A DNA stretch of 64,000 nucleotides from Acidimicrobiia bacterium (GTDB lineage Bacteria > Actinomycetota > Acidimicrobiia > Acidimicrobiales > JANYDT01). The notes under the pieces were generated by a model, which was not told where the DNA came from, made no database searches, and was given only the letters and a program-made list of their open reading frames with translations. The stretch spans positions 7,935 through 71,934 of the forward strand of contig JANYDT010000185.1 in the NCBI GenBank assembly GCA_025359845.1. The letters are read 5' to 3'. The first letter of the stretch is position 1; each line of letters begins with the position of its first letter. Shown here piece by piece: positions 32,865-43,422 of the stretch. Both the position numbers and the translations under genes were made by a program.

Positions 32865-33338
32865 ATGACCACCGACCCCGCCCCCAGCGCCGCCGCTTGG
32901 CATGACGAAATGGGAATAGCCCTTGAAGAGGCGACCGCCGCGCTCGTCCACCACGACGTGCCCGTCGGGGCGGTCGTCATCGTCGACGGCCAGGTCGTGG
33001 CCCGCCGCCATAACGAACGCGAAAAGACGGGTGATCCAACGGCCCACGCCGAGGTTCTCGCCCTTCGTGATGCGGCGGCGGCCCTCGGCTCGTGGCGCCT
33101 CGAGACGGCCACGCTGGTGGTTACGCTCGAACCGTGCCCAATGTGTGCCGGCGCGGCGCTGAACAGCCGGGTCGCTCGCATCGTCTTCGGAGCCGCCGAT
33201 CCGAAAGCGGGAGCGGCCGGCACTCTCTATTGCCTGGCCTCCGACCCGCGGCTGAATCACGAGTCCGAAGTCGTGCGCGATGTGCGGGCCGAGGAGTGCG
33301 CCGCGCTGCTCACCGACTTTTTCGTGCCCAAGCGCTAG
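32865..33338 (+). CDS. tadA: tRNA-specific adenosine deaminase
   Basis: CDA-fold motifs HAEVLALR and PCPMCAGA; size 157 aa. Confidence 0.92.
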   Translation: MTTDPAPSAAAWHDEMGIALEEATAALVHHDVPVGAVVIVDGQVVARRHNEREKTGDPTAHAEVLALRDAAAALGSWRLETATLVVTLEPCPMCAGAALNSRVARIVFGAADPKAGAAGTLYCLASDPRLNHESEVVRDVRAEECAALLTDFFVPKR

Positions 33339-33414
33339 CGGCGGAGTCGATCACGTTGCGAGCACAGCAGGTACCGACGCATTCTGGAACGGATGGCTGC
33401 TGGATCCCGCCCGG

Positions 33415-34584
33415 TTACTCCGATTGGCGGGCCGCCCGCACCTCTTCGTGCTTGGCGATCTCGGTGAGCTGCGCGTTGAGAGTGGCGTCGACCCAGCGCG
33501 ACCCCGCGGCGACGATCCGGTCATAGCTGGCTTGGACGGGCGCGGCCTGTCCGTTCACGTGGGGCATGACCTGCTCGGCGAACAGCTCATAACTGCGCAG
33601 TGTTTGGTGCCAGTCTGCGAGGTCGGCGCCCAGCATCATGTAGCAGCCGAATCCACCCGTCTTCTCCCGCAAGCGCTCGATCTGGGCGATCGCCATTTCG
33701 GGGGTGCCAATCACCATCCGACCGGTCTCATTGGCATAATCGATGAACTCGTCATAATCCGTTGGCGGAGGTGGCTGCGTCGGATCTGAGGTCGGGATGA
33801 TGTGGGACAGATAGGTGAACACCCACTCGAGGCCGTAACGGCAGTTCTCCTTCGCCTGTTCAACCGTTTCGGCGATGTGCATCGGTCCCATAAGGCGCCA
33901 TTTGGTCCGGTCGGCAACGTGGCCGTACAGCGCGGCCTCCTCCTGCCAGATCTGGAAGTTGTAGTCGAGCACTTTGAACGCCGCTGGCTCGGTGGCCGCG
34001 ATCGACAGCAAGCCGGTCCCGTAACGACCGGCCAGCTTCGAACCCGAAGGCGAAACCGATGACGCGACCGCGACATCGAAGTCAGAATACGGCCGTATTT
34101 GCAACACCGCGTTGTCGCAGGTAAACCAATCAGTTTTCGATGTAACCGTCTCCCCTCGAAACAGGCGCATGATCACGTCGAACGACTCGGCCATTCGGGG
34201 TCGCTGGTCGTTCGGATCGATGCCGAGCATCGCCGCATCGGAGGTGAGCTGCCCCGGGCCGGCGCCGAACATGGCCCGGCCTTTCGTGAGGTGATCGAGC
34301 ATCACCATCCGGTCGGCGAGTATGAACGGCTGGTGATAAGGCAGTGAGCTGACGCCGGTGCCGAGTTTGATGTGCGTCGTGCGCATGGCTGCGGCGGCGA
34401 TCATCACCTCGGGCGATGCGATCAACTCGCTGCCGGCGGAGTGGTGCTCACCGATCCAGGCTTCGTGATACCCGAGCCGATCGAGATGCTGGATCAGCTC
34501 GAGGTCGCGATGGAGCGCGAGGGTTGGATTGATACCGGTCTTGTGCATGGGCGGGAGGAAGATCCCGAATCGGAGCGGCGACAT
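33415..34584 (-). CDS. LLM-class flavin-dependent (luciferase-like) monooxygenase
   Basis: MSPLRFGIFLPPMH...LGYHEAWIGEHHSAG...LDHLTKGRAMFGAGPG is typical of the luciferase-like monooxygenase family. Confidence 0.8.
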   Translation of the reverse strand: MSPLRFGIFLPPMHKTGINPTLALHRDLELIQHLDRLGYHEAWIGEHHSAGSELIASPEVMIAAAAMRTTHIKLGTGVSSLPYHQPFILADRMVMLDHLTKGRAMFGAGPGQLTSDAAMLGIDPNDQRPRMAESFDVIMRLFRGETVTSKTDWFTCDNAVLQIRPYSDFDVAVASSVSPSGSKLAGRYGTGLLSIAATEPAAFKVLDYNFQIWQEEAALYGHVADRTKWRLMGPMHIAETVEQAKENCRYGLEWVFTYLSHIIPTSDPTQPPPPTDYDEFIDYANETGRMVIGTPEMAIAQIERLREKTGGFGCYMMLGADLADWHQTLRSYELFAEQVMPHVNGQAAPVQASYDRIVAAGSRWVDATLNAQLTEIAKHEEVRAARQSE

Positions 34585-34691
34585 GGCACCGGGTTACCAC
34601 ACGGGCCGGCGACCAGGACACCTCAGCGATGTCCGCGAGTGTGGGCGAGCGGGCCAAGCGGTTGCGGGCCAAGCGGTGCCGGCCGCGACTG

Positions 34692-35501
34692 TCACTTCCC
34701 GGCCGGCCGCAGTGAGCGCACCAGTCCCTCCTGCGCCACCGTCGCGAGGTGGACGCCGGAGCGGGAGTGGATCGATCCAATGGCCATGCCTCGGCCGTTT
34801 ACGAGGCCGTGGCCGCCGACGTCGAAAAGCAGCCACTCATCGGCCCGGGCGAAGCGGTGGAACCACACGGCGTGATCGAGGCTCGCCGTCATCATGTCGT
34901 CCCACGACGCCCGCTGGGGGTGCGACATGACGATCGCGTCCATGGGATTGTGGTCGGAAAGGTAGGCCAAGGCACACGAGTGCAGGACAGGGTCATCGCC
35001 GATGGGTTCGTTCAAACGCATCCAAATTTGTGAGCGAGCGGCGCTCCCCACCGACGGGATCTCCCGGACCGTCGCGAAACCGCTCCACTCGTAATCGGGC
35101 AGGGTCTCGGGGTCGGCCAGCCCCTCTGGGAGATCGGTCACCTGGATGTCGACGTCGTCCTCCTCGCGCTGGAAGCTGGCGTCGAGGTTGAGAATCGCCC
35201 CCGAAGACTGGCGGGCGACCACCCGTCGGGTCGTGAAGGAACGACCCTCCCGCAAACGGTCGACCTCGTACAAGATCGACTCGCCCGGCGTGCCCCCGAG
35301 CACGAAATAGGCGTGCAACGAGTGCACCCTGTGCGGCTTCTCGACGGTGGCCGAAGCCGCGGCTAGAGCCTGGGCCACTACTTGGCCGCCGTACACTCGA
35401 CCCCAGGAATACAGCGGCGTTCGCCCGAGGAAGAAGTCGGCAGCCACCCGTTCGAGCGTGATCAGCTCGTGAAACGTGGTGGGCGCGGGCTCCGAAGTCA
35501 T
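34692..35501 (-). CDS. tesB: acyl-CoA thioesterase II
   Basis: ORF 34692..35546 trimmed to ATG 35501. Double hot-dog TesB pattern (RVYGGQVVAQAL...HSLHAYF...DRLREGRSFTTRRV...). Confidence 0.8.
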   Translation of the reverse strand: MTSEPAPTTFHELITLERVAADFFLGRTPLYSWGRVYGGQVVAQALAAASATVEKPHRVHSLHAYFVLGGTPGESILYEVDRLREGRSFTTRRVVARQSSGAILNLDASFQREEDDVDIQVTDLPEGLADPETLPDYEWSGFATVREIPSVGSAARSQIWMRLNEPIGDDPVLHSCALAYLSDHNPMDAIVMSHPQRASWDDMMTASLDHAVWFHRFARADEWLLFDVGGHGLVNGRGMAIGSIHSRSGVHLATVAQEGLVRSLRPAGK

Positions 35502-35616
35502 TGGTGCACGGTATCGGAGCGGCCCGACCGCGCCGGCAATTTCCACAGTACCGATAGGGTCCGATTCTGAAACGGCCGACTGGGCCGTCTTCCGAGAACC
35601 GACATAGGGTCAATCC

Positions 35617-36564
35617 GTGTCTCCGTCACCCAAAGCCGCCACCGAGGGGAACGGCCGCACCGTAGGAGGCGCTCCAGCCAAGATCGAGCGCCGAGGCTTC
35701 ATCGGCATGACCTTGATGCTACTTTCCTTCAGCTTCGGCCCGGCATTGTCGAAACGGATTACTACGCCACCGCTGGTCACGGTCTTCTACCGGATGTGGA
35801 TCGCCATCGTCCTGCATTGGGTTGTTGCGTCAATTATCAAGCAGCGACCCGATTGGGCACTGATGCGGCGCACAGTGCTGCCCGGAGTGATGTTCGGCGC
35901 CAATATTGTGATGTTCTTCTTCGCCCTCCAGCACGCCAGCGTGGCCAACGTGACGCTCATTTCGTCGCTCCAACCGGTCGCCGTGTTGGTCGTGGCTGGG
36001 CCGTTGTTCGGCGAGCGGGTCACCAAATGGGATGTGTCATGGACGGTGGTCGCCTTGGGGGGTGCGGTCGTGGCCGTTCTCGGCTCCAATTCGCACCACG
36101 CGGGTATCCACACTTCAACATTAGGGGTGGTGCTCTCGTTAGGGGTGCTCCTGACCTTCACTTCGTACTTCTTGATTTCGAAGCGAGTGACGCGCATCCA
36201 GTCCGACAAGTCGACCATTCATCCGATCACCTACATGACGGGAGTACTCACCACCGGGGCGATCACCATCACCCCGGTCTGCTTGATTGCGGGCCATCCC
36301 CGCCAACTCGCCCATTTGACTCGGTCGAGCGTGTTTGCCATCCTGCTGCTTATCTTGGTGACGGGGGGCGGACACCTCTTCATGAGCTGGACCCATCGCT
36401 ATGTACCGGTCAGCATTTCGACGCTCGCGTTGCTCGTTCAACCGATCACGGCGGCACTCGTGGCGTGGCCTATCAACGGACAGCAAGTCGTTGTGCAGCA
36501 GGGTATAGGCGCGGTGATCGTTCTCGCCGCCATCGGCGCGGTCGTCACCCGGCGCGCCGCATAG
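35617..36564 (+). CDS. EamA/DMT-family transporter
   Basis: Ten predicted TM helices and two EamA-like halves. The start could be further downstream. Confidence 0.75.
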   Translation: MSPSPKAATEGNGRTVGGAPAKIERRGFIGMTLMLLSFSFGPALSKRITTPPLVTVFYRMWIAIVLHWVVASIIKQRPDWALMRRTVLPGVMFGANIVMFFFALQHASVANVTLISSLQPVAVLVVAGPLFGERVTKWDVSWTVVALGGAVVAVLGSNSHHAGIHTSTLGVVLSLGVLLTFTSYFLISKRVTRIQSDKSTIHPITYMTGVLTTGAITITPVCLIAGHPRQLAHLTRSSVFAILLLILVTGGGHLFMSWTHRYVPVSISTLALLVQPITAALVAWPINGQQVVVQQGIGAVIVLAAIGAVVTRRAA

Positions 36565-36584
36565 CCGTGTACTGGGCGTAGCCG

Positions 36585-37370
36585 GTGCCAGAGGGCGATA
36601 CCCTGGCCCGGACGGCCCGGACTCTCGCCCGATGGCTGGAGGGGCGCATGATCACTGCGGCCCGCACTCGTGACGGACGCATCCAAATCAGGCGCCTGGT
36701 GGGGGCCACGATGACCCATCCGGTGGCCCGCGGCAAGCACCTGCTGTTGCCCTTCGACAACGGTCTGACGTTGCGAACCCACATGAAAATGACCGGGTCG
36801 TGGCACGTCTATCCGGCGGGTGCACGGTGGCGTAGACCGGCGCACAGGGCGATCGTGGTCCTCGAGGCGGGCGACCGCGTGGCCGTCGGTTTCGACATCC
36901 CTGACGTCCAACTCGAACGCACTGTTGTTTTGGCGAAGGTCGGCGCCGTGGCTGAACTCGGGCCCGATATCCTTGCTGAGCCACTCGACATCAGCGCCAT
37001 CCTCGCCCGCGTTGGGGCTCGAGCAGCCGGCATGGCGATGGGTGAGATGCTGCTCGATCAGCGGGTGGTGGCCGGCATTGGCAACATGTGGCGCAACGAG
37101 GTTCTCTTCGCGCAGCGCATCAACCCCGAGACCACCGTCGACGCCGTGGCCCAGTCGGCACTCGTCGACCTCCTCGAAGTGGCATCGGCCCTTATGAAAG
37201 CAAGCGTGGCCGGCCGCCGTCCGAAGGCCCAGGTCTATGGACGAAGCGGTCGACCGTGTCGACGTTGCGGCGAACTCATATCGTCAATGCCCCAGGGGCG
37301 AATGGCCCGCATTGCCTATTGGTGCCCAAATTGTCAGCCCGGGTGCCCAGCTGCGACCGACCGTGGGTAG
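36585..37370 (+). CDS. Fpg/Nei-family DNA glycosylase
   Basis: N-terminal (M)PEGDTL catalytic Pro-Glu, H2TH region, C-terminal zinc finger CRRCG...YWCPNCQ. Confidence 0.85.
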   Translation: MPEGDTLARTARTLARWLEGRMITAARTRDGRIQIRRLVGATMTHPVARGKHLLLPFDNGLTLRTHMKMTGSWHVYPAGARWRRPAHRAIVVLEAGDRVAVGFDIPDVQLERTVVLAKVGAVAELGPDILAEPLDISAILARVGARAAGMAMGEMLLDQRVVAGIGNMWRNEVLFAQRINPETTVDAVAQSALVDLLEVASALMKASVAGRRPKAQVYGRSGRPCRRCGELISSMPQGRMARIAYWCPNCQPGCPAATDRG

Positions 37371-37427
37371 CGCGCTCGCCCTCGCCGTGCGGCACCGTCG
37401 TTCTCGCGAATTACCCCCTAACCTAAT

Positions 37428-37835
37428 CTAATGGGAGTGGGAGTGGGCTCCGTGGGAGTGGCCGCTCCCTTTCGCGGGGGCGGAAGGCGTCGAAGGCGTC
37501 GATGGTGAAGTCGATCCGCCCGACGATGACCCCGAGTCGCTGGACGAGCCCGATGAACTTGTGGAACTGGGCTCGCTCGAAGAACTCGACGAAGATGACC
37601 CCGAGTCGCTCGACGACCCTGAGTCGCCAGTCTTGGCCGCGGAACTCTTCGACGACCCGTTCCGGTTGTCGTTCTTGTAAAACCCCGACCCCTTGAAGCT
37701 GATGCCGACGTTGCCGAACACCTTCTTCAGCTTGCCTCGGCACTGCGGGCACTGGGTCAGGGCGTCGTCGGAAAATGACTGCACGAAGTCAAAAGCGTGA
37801 CCGCAGTCCTTGCAGGCGTACTCGTAAGTGGGCAC
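37428..37835 (-). CDS. FmdB-family zinc-ribbon protein with Ser-rich and His-rich tail
   Basis: MPTYEYACKDCGHAFDFVQSFSDDALTQCPQCRGKLKKVF is the FmdB CxxC..CxxC ribbon. It is followed by a poly-Ser low-complexity region and GHSHGAHSHSH. Confidence 0.85.
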   Translation of the reverse strand: MPTYEYACKDCGHAFDFVQSFSDDALTQCPQCRGKLKKVFGNVGISFKGSGFYKNDNRNGSSKSSAAKTGDSGSSSDSGSSSSSSSSEPSSTSSSGSSSDSGSSSGGSTSPSTPSTPSAPAKGSGHSHGAHSHSH

Positions 37836-37944
37836 AGGAACATCCTCCGCAAAACAGCTGGCACTCTAGGGCTGAGAGTGCCAGTGTAGTGGCAAATTCG
37901 CAACATTCACGAACGGGAGCACAGGATCCCTACGATGCACCCCC

Positions 37945-38838
37945 GTGACGTCCTCCTCCCGAGCCCCCGTGCGCAAGGTGATCATCCCAGCGGCCGGTCT
38001 CGGCACCCGGTTTCTACCGGCCACCAAGGCCCAGCCCAAAGAGATGTTGCCGCTGGTCGACAAGCCGGCGATTCAGTACGTCGTCGAGGAGGCGGTGCGG
38101 GCCGGGCTGGTCGACATAACCATCATCACCGGACGGGGCAAGCGCAGCCTGGAGGACCACTTCGATCGCAATTTCGAACTCGAGGCCAACCTCGCGGCGG
38201 GCCACAAACAGGCCGAACTCGACGCCGTGCTCGACATCGCGTCGCTGGCCAACATGCACTACGTGCGCCAGGCCGAAGCCCGAGGACTCGGTCACGCGGT
38301 GGCCTGTGGGCGCCACCATGTGGGCGATTCGCCGTTCGTGGTCATGCTGGGCGACGACATCATGGTCGACGACTCCGCAGTGTTGCGCTCGATGTTGGCC
38401 GCCTATGAACGTCATGGTTGCTCAGTCATCGCGGTGAAGCCATTTCCACTCGATCAGATCTCGTCCTACGGCTGCATTGCCCCCGGGGTCACCACCGCTG
38501 ACGGGCTGATCGCGTTGCGTGGCATTGTGGAGAAGCCCGCGCCGAGCGAAGCCCCGTCGAACTACGCAGTGATGGGTCGGTACCTCTTCACGCCAAGGAT
38601 CTTCGCCATGATCGATCAAACGGCGCCCGGAAAGGGTGGCGAAATACAGCTGACCGACGCCATCGCCAAGCTGATCCTCGAACAAACCGTCTACGCGTTG
38701 CCTTTCGAGCATGGCCGCTACGACATCGGCAACAAGCTCGACTTCTTGCGGGCCACTGTCGAACTGGCGGTCGGCCGCGACGATCTTGGCCCGGCTTTTC
38801 AGGACTACCTCCGAGGACTCGTGGCGTCATGGCGCTGA
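37945..38838 (+). CDS. galU: UTP--glucose-1-phosphate uridylyltransferase
   Basis: VRKVIIPAAGLGTRFLPATKAQPKEMLPLVDKPAIQY signature; GTG start. Confidence 0.92.
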   Translation: MTSSSRAPVRKVIIPAAGLGTRFLPATKAQPKEMLPLVDKPAIQYVVEEAVRAGLVDITIITGRGKRSLEDHFDRNFELEANLAAGHKQAELDAVLDIASLANMHYVRQAEARGLGHAVACGRHHVGDSPFVVMLGDDIMVDDSAVLRSMLAAYERHGCSVIAVKPFPLDQISSYGCIAPGVTTADGLIALRGIVEKPAPSEAPSNYAVMGRYLFTPRIFAMIDQTAPGKGGEIQLTDAIAKLILEQTVYALPFEHGRYDIGNKLDFLRATVELAVGRDDLGPAFQDYLRGLVASWR

Positions 38839-40055
38839 TCGCTCTCGAAGAGGCCCGCGGTTTCGTTATCGGAGCCTGCGCCACGCTGGCGCCCACCAGC
38901 CTGGCCATCGACGCGGCGCTCGGATGCGTACTCGCCGCTCCGGTCGACTCCGACGTGGCCGTCCCCCCGTTCGCCAACACCGCCATGGACGGCTATGCCG
39001 TCCGGGCCATCGACACCTTGACCGTTCCCGTCGAGCTTCCCGTGGTTGCCACTCTGGCCGCCGGAGCGTCGCCCGTCGGCATGTTCGTCGGGGCGCGACA
39101 GGCAATTCGGATAATGACCGGGGCCCCTATGCCCGATGGCGCCGACGCCATCGTCGCGGTCGAAAACACCGAGCGCTCGGCTCCCGATGGTGACGTGGTG
39201 CGGGTACTCCAACCAGCTCGTTCAGGAGACTCGGTGCGCCCTGCAGGGGAGGACATCGCCGTTGGTCAGCGGGTTTTCGACATCGGAACCGAACTGCGGG
39301 CCGGTCACCTCGGCGTGCTAGCCAGCATTGGACTTAATACGTTGACGGTCTATCGGCGGCTCCGAGTCGGCGTGCTGTCGACGGGCGATGAGTTGGTGGA
39401 AGGCGGTACACCGCTCGGTCCAGGCCAGATATACGATTCAAACCGGCACACCCTCTTGGCTTTGGTCACCCGCGCCGGGTGCGAGGCCGTCGACCTCGGA
39501 CTGGCCCGCGACGACGAACGAGTTATCGAAACCGCGATTCGTCAGGGCCTCAGCACGTGCGACGCGCTGGTGACGAGCGGTGGCGTGAGTATGGGCGACT
39601 TCGACTGGGTCAAGGTGGTGCTGAACCGGTTGGGCGGCGACGCCATGCGGTGGATGCAGATCGCCATCAAGCCGGCCAAGCCTCTGGCGTTCGGTGTCGT
39701 TATGGGCAAGCCGGTCTTTGGACTGCCTGGCAACCCCGTGAGTTCGATGGTCAGCTTCGAGCTGTTCGCCCGTCCCGCCCTGCGCAAAATGGCTGGACAC
39801 GGGCCCGGCGCGTGGAACCGGCCAACCGTGCGGGGGGTAGCCGATGAGGCCCTGCGGCGGTCGCCCGACGCCAAGGTGCATTTCGTTCGGGTGCGAGCCG
39901 CGTTCGGAGCCGATGGCCGGGTGCACGTGCGATCTTCGGGCGGACAAGCCTCCAACTTGTTGCGGTCGATGGCCCTCGCCGACGCCCTCGCGGTGTTACC
40001 CGATGGCCCCGGGGTAGGGCCGGGAGACGACGTCGAGGTCATGTTGCTCGATTAG
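38829..40055 (+). CDS. moeA: molybdopterin molybdenumtransferase
   Basis: PPFANTAMDGYAVR, STGDEL, SGGVSMGDFD and GLPGNPVSS MoeA motifs. Overlaps the galU end by 10 nt. Confidence 0.92.
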   Translation: MALIALEEARGFVIGACATLAPTSLAIDAALGCVLAAPVDSDVAVPPFANTAMDGYAVRAIDTLTVPVELPVVATLAAGASPVGMFVGARQAIRIMTGAPMPDGADAIVAVENTERSAPDGDVVRVLQPARSGDSVRPAGEDIAVGQRVFDIGTELRAGHLGVLASIGLNTLTVYRRLRVGVLSTGDELVEGGTPLGPGQIYDSNRHTLLALVTRAGCEAVDLGLARDDERVIETAIRQGLSTCDALVTSGGVSMGDFDWVKVVLNRLGGDAMRWMQIAIKPAKPLAFGVVMGKPVFGLPGNPVSSMVSFELFARPALRKMAGHGPGAWNRPTVRGVADEALRRSPDAKVHFVRVRAAFGADGRVHVRSSGGQASNLLRSMALADALAVLPDGPGVGPGDDVEVMLLD

Positions 40056-40125
40056 TGCCGACTGGTGCACCGTCGGTTGCAGACAGTCTTGACCAATGGT
40101 GCGGAACTAGTGCCGAAAACAGGGC

Positions 40126-41151
40126 ATGCTTAAGACACTTATGGCAATCTTCGTTTTCGGAATCATCCTGATCGTTGTCGGGATCGGCCTCTTCTTCAAC
40201 CGCAACACCCAAATCCCGGTCAAGGGTGGTCTCCAACAATTCCCGATCGGGAAGTTCGCCCCGATTCCTATCCTGATCGGTATCGCGCTCATCGTGGGGT
40301 CGAGCGTGCGGATCGTCGCCGCCACCGATGTGGGCATCCCGGTGACGCTGGGCAAGATCGGCAGTCCGCTCGACCCTGGTGTCCACTTCACCCTCCCCTG
40401 GACCCAGGTCACGGCGTTCTCCACCCGTTTTCAGGAATCGCTCATGACCAAAGACGCCACCCAGGGCGATCGAGCCGTCCCCGACCAGGTGACAGTGCTG
40501 TCGTCGGAAGGCGGTCGCCTCGATCTCGACGTGACCGTTCGCTACGCTGTAGATCCGGCGAAGGCTTCCGACCTCTACAAGAAGGTCGGCTCGATGATCG
40601 GCATCCGCGACCGGATCGTGCGCCCTGACGCCCGCTCGCGCATCCGTGACGTCTACTCCCGTTTCACGGCCGAGCAGGCCTATTCGCTGAAACGTGAGCT
40701 GGTCGGCGCCGAAGCCGAGAAGGCCGTCAGGACTGCCCTTTCGCTCAAGGGCATCAGCCTCGATGCCCTCCGCATCCGCGACATCAGCCTCGAACCGGCT
40801 CTGGCGAAGGAGATCGGCGCCAAGCTCGAGGCCAAGCAGGCCACCGAGCGGGCCCTGATCGAGCAGCAACGCGACAAGACCAAAGCCGATACCCGGCTCA
40901 AGGTAGCCACGATCGACGCTTCCGCCCGAGTCGCTTCGGCCAAGGGCGAGGCCGAAGCGAACAATATTCTTAACTCCTCGCTTACGCCGGAATTGCTCAA
41001 GGCCCGAGAGATCGAAGCCATCAAGGGCAACCCCAACACGGTCCTGTATCCGTATGGACAGCCGATCACACCGCTGTTGTCAGCCGGCTCCCGATCGGTA
41101 GTGCCAAACGGTGCGACGGTCGAAACCACGACAACGGTGGCCGCGCCGTGA
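40126..41151 (+). CDS. SPFH/band-7 (prohibitin-like) membrane protein
   Basis: N-terminal TM, SPFH core, C-terminal coiled coil (EAKQATERALIEQQRDKTKAD...). Confidence 0.85.
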   Translation: MLKTLMAIFVFGIILIVVGIGLFFNRNTQIPVKGGLQQFPIGKFAPIPILIGIALIVGSSVRIVAATDVGIPVTLGKIGSPLDPGVHFTLPWTQVTAFSTRFQESLMTKDATQGDRAVPDQVTVLSSEGGRLDLDVTVRYAVDPAKASDLYKKVGSMIGIRDRIVRPDARSRIRDVYSRFTAEQAYSLKRELVGAEAEKAVRTALSLKGISLDALRIRDISLEPALAKEIGAKLEAKQATERALIEQQRDKTKADTRLKVATIDASARVASAKGEAEANNILNSSLTPELLKAREIEAIKGNPNTVLYPYGQPITPLLSAGSRSVVPNGATVETTTTVAAP

Positions 41152-41164
41152 ACCGTGGCCCCAG

Positions 41165-42160
41165 ATGACCGCCGCGCTGGTTGACTCGTTCGGACGGACC
41201 GTGCGCGACTTGCGCATCTCCATCACCGATCGCTGCAACTTCCGGTGCACCTACTGCATGCCGGCCGAAGGCATGCAGTGGTTGCCACGCGAAGAGTTGC
41301 TGACCTTCGAAGAGATCACGACGATCGCCCGCGTCTGCGTCAGTCGTTTCGGCTTCGACGGCATCCGCATCACTGGTGGCGAACCGACTGTGCGGGCCCA
41401 TTTGCCCGTCCTGGTCGAACGCCTTGCCGCCCTCGGTGTCGACCTGGCCATGACCACCAACGGCGCCACTCTGCGGCTTCTGGCCGACGATCTGAAGGCG
41501 GCCGGACTGAACCGGTTGAACATCAGCTGCGACTCGCTCGACCGGGACCGGTTCTACCAAATGACGCGCCGCGATGATTTGTCGCGGGTCCTCGACGGGA
41601 TCGCCGCGGCCAAAGAAGCCGGGTTCGCTCCCGTGAAGCTCAACGTGGTGTTGATACGGGGCCAAAACGACGACGAGGTGCTCGACTTCGCCCGCTTCGG
41701 TCGCCAGAACGGCGTGGGCGTTCGATTCATCGAGTTCATGCCGCTCGACGCCGATGGCCTGTGGAGCAACGACAAGGTCGTACCCTCGTCTGAGGTCATC
41801 GAGACCATAAACGCGGTGTATCCGCTGGTGAAGGTCAGGCATGGGGCCGAACCGGCAGACCGCTGGGCGTATGCCGACGGGATTGGCGATGTGGGCGTGA
41901 TTGCGAGCGTCACCGAGCCGTTCTGCGGAGACTGCGACCGTGTGCGCATCACGGCTGAAGGAGAGTTTCGGACGTGCCTGTTCTCGACCGACGAATTCGA
42001 CCTTCGGGCGATTACGCGGTCGGGGCGCACCGGAACCGATCTTGATGATGCGCTGGCGGTCGAGATCGCCCGTGCCGTTGGCCTGAAATGGGCCGGCCAC
42101 GCCATCAACCAAGTCCATTTCATCCGTCCTGCTCGCTCGATGAGCCAGATCGGCGGGTAA
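41165..42160 (+). CDS. moaA: GTP 3',8-cyclase (radical SAM)
   Basis: ORF 41111..42160 trimmed to ATG 41165. LRISITDRCNFRCTYCMP radical-SAM motif and C-terminal CGDCDRVRITAEG cluster. Confidence 0.92.
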   Translation: MTAALVDSFGRTVRDLRISITDRCNFRCTYCMPAEGMQWLPREELLTFEEITTIARVCVSRFGFDGIRITGGEPTVRAHLPVLVERLAALGVDLAMTTNGATLRLLADDLKAAGLNRLNISCDSLDRDRFYQMTRRDDLSRVLDGIAAAKEAGFAPVKLNVVLIRGQNDDEVLDFARFGRQNGVGVRFIEFMPLDADGLWSNDKVVPSSEVIETINAVYPLVKVRHGAEPADRWAYADGIGDVGVIASVTEPFCGDCDRVRITAEGEFRTCLFSTDEFDLRAITRSGRTGTDLDDALAVEIARAVGLKWAGHAINQVHFIRPARSMSQIGG

Positions 42161-42194
42161 GGCGGGGAGCACTGGGCCCCCTACACTTCTCGGC

Positions 42195-42677
42195 ATGCCG
42201 GAGTTCAGCCACCTCGATCCGCTCGGACGCGCCCGCATGGTGGACGTGACCCCAAAAGACCCGACTCATCGACGGGCCACCGCCCGGGCCGTCGTACACA
42301 TGGCGCCCGAAACCGTCAACAAGATTGCCTCCAACGCCGTCCAAAAGGGCGATGTGCTCGCCGTGGCGCGAGTGGCCGGCATCCAGGCAGCCAAACAGAC
42401 GGCCCATCTAATTCCCCTGTGTCATCCGCTGCTCGTAGGGTCGGTGCTGGTCAACTTCACGTTGGGCGACGAGACCATCGAAGTCGAGGCCCACGTTGAC
42501 ACTGTCGACCGGACGGGCGTCGAAATGGAGGCGATGACCGCCTGTGCCATCGCCGCGCTGACTATCTACGACATGTGCAAGTCGGCCGATCGGTCGATGA
42601 TGATTGGCGAACTGACCTTGTGGGAGAAGACCGGCGGCCGATCGGGCACCTATCGGCGAACTGCGGCAACGCCCTGA
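42195..42677 (+). CDS. moaC: cyclic pyranopterin monophosphate synthase
   Basis: MVDVTPK...GDVLAVARVAGIQAAKQTAHLIPLCHPL...GVEMEAMTA MoaC signature. Confidence 0.93.
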   Translation: MPEFSHLDPLGRARMVDVTPKDPTHRRATARAVVHMAPETVNKIASNAVQKGDVLAVARVAGIQAAKQTAHLIPLCHPLLVGSVLVNFTLGDETIEVEAHVDTVDRTGVEMEAMTACAIAALTIYDMCKSADRSMMIGELTLWEKTGGRSGTYRRTAATP

Positions 42678-42791
42678 ACCGCAAATCTGGGGGACCCTCA
42701 AGAGTTCTCACAATCGTGTCGCCACGACGCGCCATTGACTCCTGCGGGGTCGTGTAGTGGCGTCAGTCACGCCGACTTTTGCTGGCGCCTT

Positions 42792-42820
42792 TTGCTTTTT
42801 TGTTTACACTCCGTAAGAAT
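42792..42820 (+). promoter_or_regulatory. candidate sigma-70-type promoter
   Basis: AT-rich island in GC-rich DNA: TTGCTT-N17-AAGAAT, about 80 nt upstream of the membrane-protein gene. Preceded by a weak hairpin plus T-tracts that may terminate moaC. Confidence 0.3.
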
Positions 42821-42901
42821 CTCCCCCCACGTGCTCGCAGATCCACCACTCGCGCCCCGCGCGCCGGTAGGGTCCTGGAACCCGAAAGTAGGTAGAGGAG
42901 C

Positions 42902-43342
42902 TTGGGTGTGATCCTTGTTCTCTTAATTGTCGCTTGGGCCGTTGTGCTCGCACCAAAGGTTATTCGAGGCCGTGCCGCGCGAGGTGCGGGCTCTCTCGAC
43001 GACTTCAGAGCGCGGTTCTCGATCATCCATGAATCGCGCATGCGGTCCCCGCAGTCGTACGGGGGGGCCACCTTCAAGGCGAGCGGTTCACCCCGTCTCG
43101 TCTCACTGGCTCGCCATCGGCTGCAAAAGCGCCGCCGAGACATTCTTGCCGGCCTGTTGGCCCTGAGTGTCGGTACTTTGGCCATCGGTTTGCTGCCCAG
43201 CTTCCGGTCCCTGCTCATGTTGAATATCGTGTTCGACGTGCTTCTGGTCGGCTACGTGGGAATGCTCCTGCGCCGCAAGAATGCCGGGTCGTACGCTCGT
43301 TTCGAGCGCCCGATGCTCGCCCTGCAACCAATCGACGACTGA
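42902..43342 (+). CDS. hypothetical membrane protein
   Basis: TTG start with GAGGAG upstream. N-terminal TM VILVLLIVAWAVVLA and two C-terminal TM helices. Confidence 0.6.
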   Translation: MGVILVLLIVAWAVVLAPKVIRGRAARGAGSLDDFRARFSIIHESRMRSPQSYGGATFKASGSPRLVSLARHRLQKRRRDILAGLLALSVGTLAIGLLPSFRSLLMLNIVFDVLLVGYVGMLLRRKNAGSYARFERPMLALQPIDD

Positions 43343-43422
43343 CCCCCGTCCAGCCGGTCTGGCCGAGCCGAGAGCCTGCTAGCGTCTCGGCGCCCGACCG
43401 CAAGTCGGTGGCCGAGTTTTCG

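Noticed and set aside
40039-42238. 276-aa and 390-aa minus-strand ORFs
   Set aside because: They are antisense to the SPFH and moaA genes, a typical high-GC shadow-ORF pattern.
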